The notes under the pieces were generated by a model. It had not been told where the DNA came from and ran no database searches. It saw only the letters and a program-made list of their open reading frames with translations. 64,000 nt of DNA from the NCBI RefSeq assembly GCF_001194135.2, contig NC_069006.1, positions 6,152,947 through 6,216,946 on the forward strand, in the 5' to 3' direction. Positions 1 to 12,980 of the stretch are shown in pieces. Each line of letters starts with the position of its first letter. Position 1 is the first letter of the stretch. Made by a program: the position numbers and the translations under genes. The DNA is from Octopus bimaculoides (taxonomy: Eukaryota).

Positions 1-43
<43 letters not shown>

Positions 44-787
44 CACAGATACATCTATGCATATATAGACATGTGTTTGGTTGTGTGTATGTGGGAATAA
101 TATCTGAGTGTATGAATGCTAAAGCTTCTGTATGTGTGTGCATATAACATGTGGCATGCACGTGTACAAGGGTCTTGTTCCAAAGACCAACAGCCAAATA
201 TCTTTTCAGGTAAATCATATAAGAAATGGTTGAAGCAAGAGATTAAGTTTACCGATTCCTTACTTTAAATTGATATAGATCATGTGCCTGGAGGGAAATA
301 AAAACATAAATGGACATATGTGTATAGGTGTAGGTAAATGGATATACTTGTGTATGCTGGTTGGTATTAGCATAGGCTTGTGTGTATGTGTTGGTATTAG
401 TATATACCCATGTGTGTGTTTTAACATAAGCTTGTGTGTGTGTACAGGTTTAAAAGAGGAGGATTTTGTTAAGCCCATTACATATCAAATTTAAATATTT
501 AAATTTTACTCCATGCCTCTTGATAATACTTAATCCGTCCACTTAAGAAGAGGATCACAGCCGGCAAAATAGCTTCTCGTTATGGGAAGTAGCATAAGTG
601 GAAGTGATTATGATGGTTATGATGACACCCTATATCGGTAGGAAACCATAAATTTGTAGCACTGTATAAGTGACGAGTGTTTTGTTATATGGCAGTGGTG
701 GGTTCAAATGTTGCCATGGACATGGAAAAGATACGGATTCAATCCAGTGTCGATTGTTAACAGCCCAGCCCTAATTGGGCAGATTAA

Positions 788-1006
788 CCCTTTAGCATTT
801 AAACTGACCTAAATCTGACACAAATATTCAATGTAAACTATGTTCAAAGGGACCAGATCTGGCTTCATTCACCTACCCTACTCTGTCATTCAAAAGATAA
901 ACTATCACATTATCAAAATATTGAAGCAATTTTATTAATGCACGATTAAATTCAAAACAATGTAAATATGTATTACATTTGACAGAGAATTCTGAATGCT
1001 AAAGGG
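788..1006. mobile_element. piggyBac-type MITE (family P), copy 1
   Basis: TTAA at 784-787 then CCCTTTAGCATT; ends AATGCTAAAGGG followed by TTGA (decayed TTAA). TTAA targets and CCC termini are piggyBac hallmarks. Confidence 0.75.
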
Positions 1007-2656
1007 TTGATGATATAAAGATTTAGCTGCTATTTCAAACAGTCAAGTAGCTATGTAAACTTTCCATCAATGGGTCACATACAGTTTGGTCTGGTATACA
1101 GTTGTCAAGTGGTCCCTAAATCAACATAACTGCCTGGGGTTCAAAGTAGTTGCATCATCTTCAACAGCAAAAAGCAATAAAATGATAGTTTCAGATAATG
1201 GGCACAAGGTCAGCAAGTTCAGGAGAGAGGGGATAAGTCAATTACATCGACCCTAGTGCTCAACTGGTACTTATTTTATTGGCCCCGAAAGGATGAAAGG
1301 CAAAGGTGACCTCAGCGGAAATTGAACTTAGAACATAACGAAAGATGGAATGCCACTAAGCATTTTGCCTGTCATGCTAATGATTCTGCAAACTTGCCAG
1401 AATTAAGCAATAAAATAAGAACACTTGAACTGAAATAAATTATCTCATATTATCTAGAGATGTTACCTAGAGATATTTAATTAACTAATTAAAACTAAAT
1501 AAGTTAAGCCATGTTTTCAAAAGACTGCATCAAGAGATGATAATGTATTAATTATTTGCTGAAACAGAAAGAAAGTTTTAGGAAACATGTTTCCATTGCT
1601 TCGCTTGCTTTCAGTCACTGGACTGTGACCATGCTGTGACACCACCTTCAAGGGTTTTAGTAAGCATATCAATCCCACTATCATTTCTAAATCTGGTACC
1701 TATCAATCTCTATTTATCAAACTGCTAAGTTACAAGGCACAAAACACAAAGCACCACTTTTTAAGTGATATCAATGTAAAGACAGATATGCAAACACATA
1801 CACGTAAACACAGAGGTACACACACAGAGGCACACACACTTATGACAGCCCCCCCCCCCNNNNNNNNNNNNNNNNNNNNNNNNNNNNNNNNNNNNNNNNN
1901 NNNNNCCTCACAGTTTACATCTACAAGTTTAAGACAGGGCATTAGTCAAACTGGAAATACACTAGAAGACCCTTGTCCCAGAAGCCACAACTTAGGTGAG
2001 ACCCAACTGAAAAGCCCCAGGTTGTAAAATGAACTTTGTAACCCCAGACCCTTAAGTCTGTTTTCTTTTTTTCTTTTTATGAATTCATAATTAACTTCAA
2101 CGGACTGGAATTGAAACATCTTTTGAAAAATTTCATGAAGATGGTTTCCAGTCTGCAAAAGAGAATGTATGTGTGCACATGACTGCACATGTGCATACAT
2201 TCCTCTATGTGTGTGATGCTTTGTGTTTGTGTCTTGTAACTTAGTGGTTTGATAAATAGTGAATGATAGGTGGCAGATTTTAAAATGCTACAGGGATTGA
2301 GATGTCTACCAAAACCTTTTAAAGTGATGCCCCAGCATGGCCACAGTCCAGTGATTGAAACAAACAAAGCAATGAAAGCAGCATGTTCCCAAAAGTTTGC
2401 TTTAAATTATCACCTCATATTCCTCTGTATGTGTGTGTGTGTACATGTGCATATTTCTGTGTGTATGTGTGTGTTTGCCTTCATTTCTGTGCTTGTATCT
2501 GTGAACATATTCCTCTGTGTGTATATGCATGTTTGTGTACATGCGCACATTCCTGTGTATGTATGTATGTATGTATGTATGTATGTACATGTGCAAACAT
2601 TCCTGTGTGCATGTGTATCAGTGCACATATTCCTCTGTGTGTGTGTATACACGTTC

Positions 2657-2703
<47 letters not shown>

Positions 2704-2713
2704 NNNNNNNNNN

Positions 2714-2748
<35 letters not shown>

Positions 2749-3608
2749 TGTGTGTGTGTACACATTCCTTATGTAATTTGCCAAACAATAGAAGTGGCAG
2801 CAGATAGAAACTGAAACCAAACTGTGGAATCGATGTTGCCGAGAGCTGCCTACTCTACTCTTCGGCAACGGTTTATTTATTTAGCAAGTCTGTCTGCAAA
2901 GTACCTGGATTTGACTATCTGTGGAGAGAAATAAAGAGATTTATCAAACCAAACGATGGGAACTTATAAAAAGGAGAGACTGGGGGACAGCAGAGAGTAA
3001 ATAATGCCACTTGTTTCACTGCAACCACCATTACAATGATGATAACAACAGCATATATAATAATAAAAATAATGATAATGATAATAAATTAAATAATAAC
3101 AAAGAGTAGGGGAGATGTGTGGGATTTGTGTGTTAGTAGCAATCAGCTTCACAATTGAATTTAGCGAGCTGTTTGCATTTGATTCAATGGCTTAATTGAT
3201 TTATGGATGGAGTGGAATGTTTGGTGAGGAGAACCGTGAATAGTCATAGATTTCAGCAATTCATCCATTCTTTTGCGGAAACATCATCATCAGAGATTCT
3301 TTCAGCCTCTTCCATTCCACCAAGAGGGAAACCAATATTGACATGATTTCTGACGATGAAGTTGACCTCTTTCGATCTATAGCATAAATAAATTACATCA
3401 GTGCTTCTAATTAATTCCAATAACTCTAATTACAGACAAATCAGCCGAGTACATCGACAATCCAGCCACCTACACTGAGTCAGTATTCCATTTCACCCCC
3501 CCACCTGCCTCTTGCCCCACAATAGAGGGGTATATTGCAGAAAATAAGGTCCATGCTTACAGGCTAGGAGGCTTGCTTTAACAATCCCTTGTTGTGTCAG
3601 TATGTTAA

Positions 3609-3988
3609 CCCTTTAGTATTTAAACTGGTCCAAATATTGATTTCAAATTATGGCACAAGGCCAGCAAGTTTGGAGGAGGGGATAAGTTGATTACATGGAC
3701 CTCATTGCTCAAATGGTACTTATTGACCCCGAAGGGATTAAAGAAAAAGTTGACCTCGGCAGAATTTGAATTCCGAATGTAAAGATGGATGAAATGCCAC
3801 CGACCTGCTTTATGTTCAAACTGACCAGATTCAACCTCTCACACCTACCCTACAATGTCATTCTAGAAATAAGCAATCACCTCATTGAAGTCTCAAAGCT
3901 ATGAGATAATGCAATGCACGATTAATCCAAAACAATGTGAATAGATTAGCATTACATTTGACAAAGAAGTAATCTGAATGCAAAAGGG
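3609..3988. mobile_element. piggyBac-type MITE (family P), copy 2, with a SINE-A fragment nested at about 3640-3798
   Basis: TTAA-CCCTTTAGTATTT start and AATGCAAAAGGG end; internal sequence colinear with copy 1; interrupted by a SINE-A core (CCCGAAGGGATTAAAGAAAAAGTTGACCTCGGCAG). Confidence 0.75.
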
Positions 3989-4464
3989 TGAACGAAGCAA
4001 CAAATTACAATCTCTTCGTTTAATATTTAAAACAGCCTAAGTTCATTGAAACAATTAACAACTCACATGAGTAATGAATATTTGATATGCGACCAGAGCA
4101 AAAACTCATCTTTTCTCCCTGAGTTATTGGCCACAATTAATGGAAAGGCCTGGAGGGAGAAGATGGATGCTTTGTCGATGATATGGTGTAAATAACTCCA
4201 TGGGACCAGTCCTTAATGAAGTGATACTGCTAATGATAAGGTTTTCTTACTTTACATAAACAGAAAGAGACAGTTGCTTGAATTGAGCCCAGTATATTAC
4301 TGGTATATCATTTACTGAATCTCCATAGGGATAAATAGTAGTCAACTGTGGTGGTGGTCATTCAACTCAGAATATGCAAGAAACAAACTAAATATTCATA
4401 ACCGTCTTGTATAACATATTGTTGTTTCTGCCACTTCGTTAGCTTCTCCATAATAACAATAAAA

Positions 4465-4790
4465 ATAATAATGATCGGAGCTCTAACAACCAAGATCGAG
4501 AAATATGTCAGAGAAATCAGAATTGACATGAGGGAAGAGCAAGACCACAAAACTGCTCTGTTGGGGACAGCTAGGATTTTGGGGTCAGTACTTGGATGTT
4601 GAATGTCTCCCATGATAATTAGTAACCGTGATAATTAACAATCAAAGCTTATAATGTGTGGAAAGAGATCCTGTGTGACCTCTGACAGCAGGCTACTGTC
4701 CACTCTCACAGAATCTACCAGAACAAACAAGACCAAGTGTTCTGAGAAGTAAAACAATAATAATAATGATGATAATGATGATGATGACAG
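4465..4790 (+). mobile_element. 3' end of a restriction-like-endonuclease LINE (R4/Dong-like), decayed
   Basis: Reads IIMIGALTTKIEKYVREIRIDMREEQDHKTALLGTARILGSVLGC*, matching the terminal ..IGALG..(QK)TALLGTARILR.. motif of RLE-type non-LTR elements; followed by a 3' UTR and an (AAT/GAT)n tract. Confidence 0.75.
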
Positions 4791-5246
4791 TTGTAAGTTG
4801 AAACCCAACTGATTGTTAAAACTGTACAGTAATCCCTTGACTATTGTGGGTCTTATGTCTCCCCACCCCCGTGATAGGTGAAAATCCATGAAGTAGAAAC
4901 AATACTGTATTGTATATTTTTAAAAATTATTATCTTAATTTGTATATCATCATCATCATCAATTAACATCCATTGTCCATGCTAGCATGGGTTGGACGGT
5001 TTGAATGGGCTGGCATGCTGGAAGGCTGCAACAGGCTCCTGTCTGATTTTCTACGGTTGGATGCCGTTCCTAACGCCAACCACTCCGTGATTTTGCTCGG
5101 CTTGATGGGTCTTCTTCTCAAGCATGGCATAATGCTAAAAATCTTGGTCATTGCCTCCATGAGGTCCAACACTCGAAAGGAACTCTGTAAAGTTGGAAAA
5201 ACTGCCAGTAAGCATTTTTCCTAGTATGGTAATGATTCTTGCTGCC

Positions 5247-5299
<53 letters not shown>

Positions 5300-5685
5300 T
5301 GTTTCAACTGGTTACACCAAATCCTCTGCCCTTGAAATAAAAGCTAAGAACTATAATTATTTCCAAAATAGGCACAAGGCCAGAAATTTGTGGGTAGAAG
5401 TTAATCAAATCAATCCCATTTTATGAATGGTACTCTATTTTATTGACCCCCAAAAGATGAAAGGTAAGATTAGCTTTGGCAGGATTTGAACTCAGAAACA
5501 TAGAATTGCAACTAAATATTACAAGGCATTCTCTTTGATAAAATCGCCACAAGATCAATGTCTTTGTGAGGTTCAAACTCTGTGGCAGTTTGCCAACTCT
5601 ATTCAATTCAGTCAAACTTCCATCTTTTCTTCACACATTGTGAAATTGACCTCCATTCTGTACTCATTGCCTCTGTCATCTAGAC

Positions 5686-5962
5686 CAGTGGGTCTCATTC
5701 AGGATTCAGATGACCCTTGGGAGCCCTTATGACCCTTGAGGGTCCATATAAGATTTTGTTGTTAAAATTTATGAGCAATAAATTGGTTTTACTTCAGCAA
5801 TACACAAAATGTTTTAATTATTTTTAATACAAATCCTAATAAAACTAAATTATGAAACTATAATAGAAAGGGTTTTAAGCACTGAGTGGTTATGAGGGTG
5901 CATCTGAGTAAGGATCAAAGAATCAAAGGGGTTCAGAGATAAAAAATGGTTGATAAACACTG
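5686..5962. mobile_element. hAT (Charlie-like) MITE with perfect 8-bp target-site duplication
   Basis: Termini CAGTGGGTCTCA and TTGATAAACACTG; TSD ATCTAGAC at 5678-5685 and 5963-5970. An 8-bp TSD of NTCTAGAN type is typical of hAT/Charlie elements. Confidence 0.85.
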
Positions 5963-6489
5963 ATCTAGACAAAACAGAGATGCATAGACACAGACACACA
6001 GACACACAATAGAATAAATATATTAGCCAGAAATAGAATAACAAGAGAAAAAGAAATTATAGAAATAAAATAAAAAATGTAAAATCAAACACGACAAGGA
6101 ATATAAAGGTTTTTGTGATGAGATGTGGTGTAATTCTGATTCATATGGTAAAGTACCGAACTAGATCTTTCACATTTTCTTTCTGTTCTGTATTCCAAAG
6201 CTGTGGTATTGTCTTTCATTTGCAGTTTGGATGTCAATACAACGACTGAAATCAATCATCTCTAACTTGTTCCTTGTCAACAAAAATAACGGTTATATTA
6301 GTTTGTCAGAAACAATTATTTTTACCGATCTAGACCAAATTTCCAAAAGAGATCTTTCATCTTCATTTTAACCATTGCAGTGTCACATATGAATGTTCCA
6401 AAATAACTTAAAATAGTCATGATTGAATCAATAAGAATATTATAATTAATGAAAGAAAATTAAGATAAACAAAATCAATGTTGACTTAC

Positions 6490-6628
6490 ACATCGGTCTC
6501 AGCTGATCAGCCAGCTCATCTTTGGTCCATTCCTTCTTCTCAAAGCCATAAGAGAGAACTGGAATGCTGAGCTTCGCACTATCTGGATAGGGCACATTAA
6601 GATAGTGCACCAGCACAATATCAGGATT
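6490..6628 (-). CDS. CAMTA: Internal coding exon of calmodulin-binding transcription activator (CAMTA1/2-like), C-terminal part of the CG-1 DNA-binding domain
   Basis: Translates NPDIVLVHYLNVPYPDSAKLSIPVLSYGFEKKEWTKDELADQLRPM, matching the animal CAMTA motif (Q)NPDIVLVHYLNVP...WTKEELxxQLKPM. Acceptor ttgttttttgttcag (AG at 6630-6629), donor gtaagt at 6489-6484. Length 139 nt, phase 0 in and phase 1 out, the same phases I recall for the homologous vertebrate exon. Confidence 0.94.
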
Positions 6629-6731
6629 CTGAACAAAAAACAACGAAGGTCAGTTTTAAGTAGAAACAACAAAGAATTTAGATTTTAAAACAATGTTTTA
6701 AATAAAAAAACACAAAATGTTATTAGATTAA

Positions 6732-6951
6732 CCCTTTAGCATTCAGATTTCTTTGTCAAATGTAATGATTATTTATTCACATTGTTTTGAATTAACCAAT
6801 CACTATCTCGCAGATTCAAGATTTCAATGGTGTGTTTGTATATTTTTTAAAATGACATTGTAGGGTAGGCGTGAAAGGTTGGATCTGATTAGCTTTAATA
6901 TAAAACATTAGAATATTTGGGTTAGATATGGCTTGATTAAATGCTAAAGAG
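6732..6951. mobile_element. piggyBac-type MITE (family P), copy 3, inverted relative to copies 1, 2 and 4
   Basis: TTAA at 6728-6731 then CCCTTTAGCATTCAG; ends AATGCTAAAGAG-CTAA. Its reverse complement aligns with copies 1 and 2 (e.g. CCTACCCTACAATGTCATT and CATTACATTTGACAAAGAA). Confidence 0.8.
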
Positions 6952-8261
6952 CTAAAATCAAAAGTTTCTTTGTGAATATAGTCATAACTAATTAGTCAGT
7001 CAGTGTTTTTGTAAGTATCATCCTGAGTGGTAACTGGAGATTTTAATCCAGATATGTATGAAACCTAGGTATGGGATTAAAGTCTTTTGTTACCAGAAGT
7101 ATATTTGCAGGTTTTTACATCCTCTCTGATATAAATATAGGAATAATTATATGAATAAATTCTTAAATTTTCTGAATGTTTATGTGAGTATGTATAATTA
7201 ATGCGTATGTTTATGTATGTTTATGTACGTGTATGATGAATAAAGATTTATATATATACAATTGAATTCCTATCTATGAACTTGTGTGTTTATAAAAGTT
7301 AAAAAGTACTCCATACATAAAGTAAAGCATAATTTATTGCAAAAAATTGTAATGAATTGTTTCAGTGAGTTTCACATTTTTGGATGTGCAAATGAAATGA
7401 GTTGGAGGTAGTTGTAACAAAAATAGTAAACATATAAAAATATTAATAGTCAAAAGAACATTGAGATTTGATTGACAAAAGCAAAAGAAAACAAAAAGGA
7501 AAAGAAATGCTATGCTTACAGTATATGACATTTTAATTTATTCATGTGTGAAAGCACAATGCTTTCATGTATGAAGTACCATGTGTATAAAACACACAGA
7601 AGTAAAGAAAGCAAACCTTGTTGATGAAGTTTTATACATACACACGTTAAGGAAGAACTGTCAAATGTCTATTAACACAAACATATGTGCAGTCACTTGG
7701 AACTGTTTTGGCTGATCAAGGGCTTGCATCTACCAGTCTTTTTTTTTTTCCTCATACACTAAATTTTGATGTTATGAAACAGAAACAAAGTCTTTACCCA
7801 AGGGTACAATAGAGTAACTGTACTGGGATAAGAAAATTTGGTCTCTCTTATTCACACACCAATCTCCTCCTTTACACATACACAAACACACACCCACACA
7901 AACATTGAAAAATACATACATGCTTGCATGTATGTATTTTTTGAAAATCATCCTTAGAAATATGAATTTGTTTATAATAAACTCAGAAAATATACAAAAC
8001 ATTGAAAGTAGAGACGTAAATATTGTGAAACCAATTGAGAAATCCTCTCAACATTATGAAAAAAAAAACTAATTATTTTTTGTTCTAGCAACAATTTTAA
8101 TTACAAAGAAAAAAAAAGAAGAACTAATGATATTTACTGCTAATTAAATATAAAGTAAAATAATTATAAAATAGTTAATGAAACAGATTAATGAATCAAA
8201 TTGATTTAAGAATGAGAAATGTATTTGTGGAGAACTGGCACTCCATTGGTTACAATGACAA

Positions 8262-8559
8262 AAGTTCCATTTGAACCAATCAATGGAACAGCCTGCTTGT
8301 GAAATTAATGTGCAAGTGGCTGAGCACTCCACAGACATGTGTACCCTTAACATTGTTCTCAGCGAGATTCAATGTGACTCAGAATGCGACAAGGCTGGCC
8401 CCCTGGAAATACAGGTACAACTCACTTCTGCCAGCTGAGTGGAATGGAGCAACATGAAATAAAGAACCTTGCCCAAGGATACAATGCACTACCAGGGATT
8501 GAACTCACAACCTAACTATGGGCGCCAAATACACCCCTAACCACTAAGCCATGTGCCTA
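8262..8559 (-). mobile_element. SINE family C (tRNA-derived)
   Basis: Reverse complement of a GGCACATGGCTTAGTGGTTAGG head with GGGATTGAACTC; shares CAGCTGAGTGGA(A/C)TGGAGCAA and GACAAGGCTGGCCC with 23590-23878. Confidence 0.8.
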
Positions 8560-9630
8560 CACAGGAAAAGCATGATAAGGAGGATCATGAAAATTTAGAA
8601 AATTGTTAAAGAAATATGGAACTATAAAAGTAATCTTTAAGTTATAAAAGATAAATGAGTCTTAGGGAACCCATTCCACACCATATTGTAAGATTGTAGC
8701 AGAAGGGACAATTTGATCTCAACTGCTCTAACCTGTCAATAGGGACTCCTGTAAATAGTGGAAATCATTTTGTACAAGAAGCACAAAACATTATTTCAAT
8801 AGTTTGTATAGATGTACTCTTAATCTTTTTAATTTAGAATAAATTTTGACCAGCCACTTGCTTGAGAGCAACGTTGTGAATGAAAGCACCTTGTTTTGTT
8901 CATCATCCTCTAAATCTTAAGAAGGTCTTGCAGATCTTTATAGTTCCAGATATTGTGATCATTTGTAGAGTATGAATTAAGGATTAGTGTTTTCTGCCCC
9001 AAGAACCCAAGTTCAGCCATACTTAGCTTCAAATGGGTTGGTATGTATCCTGTTGCTCCAATAATAATCAGGATGAAGATGAAAGTATATCTTAGGTATT
9101 TGATTTGCGAACTCCTTATCAATGCTCCATAGATGTCATGTACGTGTGTCTGTGTGTCTTTGTATGTATATGTGTGTGCATGTATATGTGTGTGTATGTA
9201 TATGTGTGTGTAAGTATATGCATAAATATATCGATAAATAGTTATGTACATAATAATGAAAATACAACAAACGAAATATTTGGCAATGATTTTTGTTTAA
9301 ACAATAACAAAAATGATGATATATTTTAGAAACAAGAACAAAAAGGCACAGAAATATAAAAGGGAGGCACCGATAAAGGGGCTGCAATTGTTTAGAGTTG
9401 ACTTATTATCAGAGACATTCCAATTATGACCATTCAGTCTTCTTTCACAAATAAACTATCTAGGAATTCTTTATTTAATATATCTGTTCTATTTTTAAGA
9501 AGGTAGAGTTTGGTCTGAGGGAGAATTGGCTGCTCTTTTTAATATGTTGAATGATTGCATGAAGTAGCTCATTCTTCTGAAAGAATTTTCAGAAAAATAT
9601 GCAAAAAGCACAAAACTTTATTTCTAAAAC

Positions 9631-9715
<85 letters not shown>

Positions 9716-10150
9716 AGACAAAATAGCTATGCACATATGTAGAGATATGTGTGTGTACATATGCAGAGATCCTTAACCAATAGCTACATTTCCATGCTGA
9801 TGAAATTACAGAAGACAATTAGTGCAATGGGAGATCATGGGGAGGAGGACAGGGACATAAATTAATTATATTACACTAATTTAATTACAGTAATTTAATG
9901 CCACATCTTCTTGCATTCAAAAATATCTCAATATCCAATTTCCAACCACAAACACACACACACACATGTACAGTTCTAAATATATGTAAGTCTAAATAAG
10001 AAGTCATCATTTTTATTGTTGTTGTTATTATTATCATTATTATTATTATTATTATCATTGTTGCTGTAGCTGTTGAAGATAGGACCTATATTCATTTCTT
10101 TGCCATATTTACAAATGTGCTATGAATACGAGTGTGTGTCTATATAATAC

Positions 10151-10185
<35 letters not shown>

Positions 10186-11039
10186 ACACATACATATATA
10201 TGTGTGTATGTATCTATGTATGTATGTACACACACACATACACACACAATGCAATGTCAAAAATCAGTTGAGAAAAATTACACAGAACAACACACAAAGA
10301 GAAAAGTACAATGAATATGGTGTTGGTCGAAAGGGTGAAATGAGTACTTGAAATGAGTACAGGGTATCTTGATGTTTTGGACATTTGTCCTGCTTCAGAA
10401 ACAAAAGAAGACAGCAGCAAAAGAGCAGGTGTCTGAAAAAAAAAGAGCTAAAAAATATTTTTAAATGAATGCTGTGTCACATTTAATCTCTCAGTGACTC
10501 AAGGAATCCTTTCCACTGCAATAAGTCATGGTAGTGGTGGTGATGGGGATAATAAGAATGTTTTTAAATATAAGCATAATGCCACAGATATATGAGGAGG
10601 GCTCAATGGATTTATAAAGGCTCCAGTAGGTGGCTGATATTTAATTTATTGATCTGAGAGGGAGAAGAAGTCTTTGAGAGTTGAAGAGACTTGTGACTAC
10701 ATCTCATGGACATCCACATCTAGTTGACATACTATTTTAATCATAATAATAACAATGATAATAATAATAATAATTTCTACAACAGGTACAAGGTTTGAAT
10801 ATTGATAGTAATAATACTGATGATGATGATGATGATGATAATAATAATAATAATAATAATAATATTAATAATAATAATGATAGGTTTCTTAAACATTCAC
10901 TTGAACAAAACTGTACAAATCCAAATATATGGTACCCTAGGCATAACACCTACATGAACTTTTAACTTGTTGTCTCTTGAGGTCTCTGGGTGAGACTTGG
11001 ATCCAACTTGTACAAATGCAAAACAAAAGTCAAACATAA

Positions 11040-11074
<35 letters not shown>

Positions 11075-11109
11075 TAATAATAATGATAATAATAATAATA
11101 ATAATAATA

Positions 11110-11580
11110 ATGGTTTCAAATTTTGTCACAAGGGCAGCACTTTTGGGGGCGAGGATGAGTTGATTACATTGACCCCAGTGTTCAACTGGTACTTATTTTT
11201 GCGACCCTGGAAGGATGAGAGGCAAAGTCAACCTCAGTGGAATTTGAACTCAGAACATAGCGACAGGTGAAATACTGCTACGCATTTTGTTCAGTGTGCT
11301 AATGATTCTGCCACCTTGCTGCCTTGATGATGATGATGATGATCACAATAATAATAATATTAATCCTTTGTATTATTGGCACAAGGGCTGAAATTTGGAG
11401 GGGAGGGGGTAAGTTGATTACATTAACCCCTGTGTTTTGCTGGTCCTTAATTTACTGACTCTGAAAGGATGAAAGCCAAAGCCAGCCTTGGCAGAATTTG
11501 AACTCAGAACGTAAAGACAGATGAAATACTGCTTGGTATTTTGCCCGGCATGTTTAACGATTCTGCCTTCTCAATAATGA
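11110..11580 (-). mobile_element. Two tandem SINE-A copies ((ATT)n-tail subfamily) within AAT microsatellite
   Basis: Repeated plus-strand signature AAATTTTG(G)CACAAGG...GGATGAAAG(G)CAAAG...GAATTTGAACTCAGAAC...GATTCTGCC between (AAT)n runs. Confidence 0.85.
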
Positions 11581-12254
11581 TAATAATAATAACAATAATA
11601 ATTGTTAAATAAAAAAACAGGTTAGAATCTGTGTTGAGCCTTCAGACTCATTGGGCCAGTTTCTGAGGTGTTTTGATGAGTCAGTGACCAAGAACTTCCT
11701 CACTGAACGATGGTGCCAGTCCATCACTCAACTGACTCTTAGTTTCCTTTGGTCCTTATTTTCAGCTGAATGGGCAAGAGTCACAAGACATGCCCGGCTC
11801 AACGATGCAACATAGTGTCCAGTTTGGGAATTGAACACTCAACTGGATCATCATCAAACAGAATATAGCCAAGTCCTAAAGCTGAAGCCATGACTCAGTT
11901 TGGAGTTCTATGTGCAATCCTTCTGCAGCACCCTTCTATGGGAGGGGGGAACATGAACATCACAACCTCCCGGTTCTCTAACCAAGAATTTCCATGTTTC
12001 ATGTCTAATGGAGAAGCAATTAGTTAATCATAGAGTTGAGTTGTTTTCAGTGGTTTAATTAAAAAAGGTAGAGTTGTAGATCTATGACTCACCTGACGTA
12101 AGAAACAGCTGTGACATGAAGGGGTCAGACGACATACATTACCTAGCAGAATGTTTTATGTTTCTCTGTTTGAATCTAACCCTAAAATTTGCTAAGTTTC
12201 ACCTAATGTCCCTTAAATTAAACAAGATTTAATATCATAGTAACATCTAAGGTA

Positions 12255-12800
12255 AGCTGGTGGAATCATTAGCACATTGGCTGAAATACTTTGTGGCATT
12301 TTGCCCATCTTTACGTTCTGAGTTCAAATGCTGCTGGGGTCAACTTTATGTTTTGTCCCTTTGAAGTCAATAAAATAAGTATCATTGGGCACTGGGGGGG
12401 GGGGGGTCAATGTAATCAACTTATCCACTCTCCTGAAATTGTTGGCCTTGTGCCAAAATTTGAAGCCAATAATATATCCGCATCTAAGTCTGGGGCAGTC
12501 TTCTGCCAGGCCAGATCCTGTCAAACCGTCCAACCCATGCCAGCACGGAAGGGGGATGATGATGATGATGATGATGACCTAAGGTGGTAAGCTGTTGGAA
12601 TCATCATCAGCACACAGGGCTAAATGCTGAGCAGCATTTCTTCTGAATTTATGTCCTGGGTTCAAATTCCACCACAGTTAAATTTGCCTTTCATTCTTTC
12701 AGGGTTGATAAAATAACAAGTTGAGCACTTGGGTCAGTGTAACCGACTAGCCCCTTCCCTCAAAATTTCAGGCCTTATGCCTACAGTAGAAAAAACTATT
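12255..12800 (+). mobile_element. Two plus-strand SINE-A copies separated by a family-D tail fragment
   Basis: AAGGTAAGCTGGTGGAATC heads at about 12250 and 12582, GAGTTCAAAT/GGTTCAAATT B-boxes, and CCTTGTGCCAAAATTTGAAGCC-type tails. Confidence 0.8.
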
Positions 12801-12809
12801 ATATAGCAT

Positions 12810-12980
12810 TCAAATTATGGTACAAGGCCTGCAATTTTAGCTGGGTGGAGCTAAGTTGATTACATTGACACCAGGGTTCAACTGGTACTTATTTCATTGA
12901 CCCCGTAAGAATAAAAGACAAAGCTGACCTCAGCAGAATTTGAATTGAGAATGAAAGGATAGAGGAAATGCCAGCTCTCC
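12810..12980 (-). mobile_element. SINE-A copy inverted against the adjacent plus-strand copy
   Basis: CAAATTATGGTACAAGG...GACCCCGTAAGAATAAAAGACAAAGCTGACCTCAGCAGAATTTGAA. Confidence 0.8.

Noticed and set aside
3261-3376. Possible next CAMTA exon downstream (YRKRSTSSSEIMSILVSLLVEWKR..)
   Set aside because: Weak acceptor, no donor before the in-frame stop, and no similarity to CAMTA that I can recognise.
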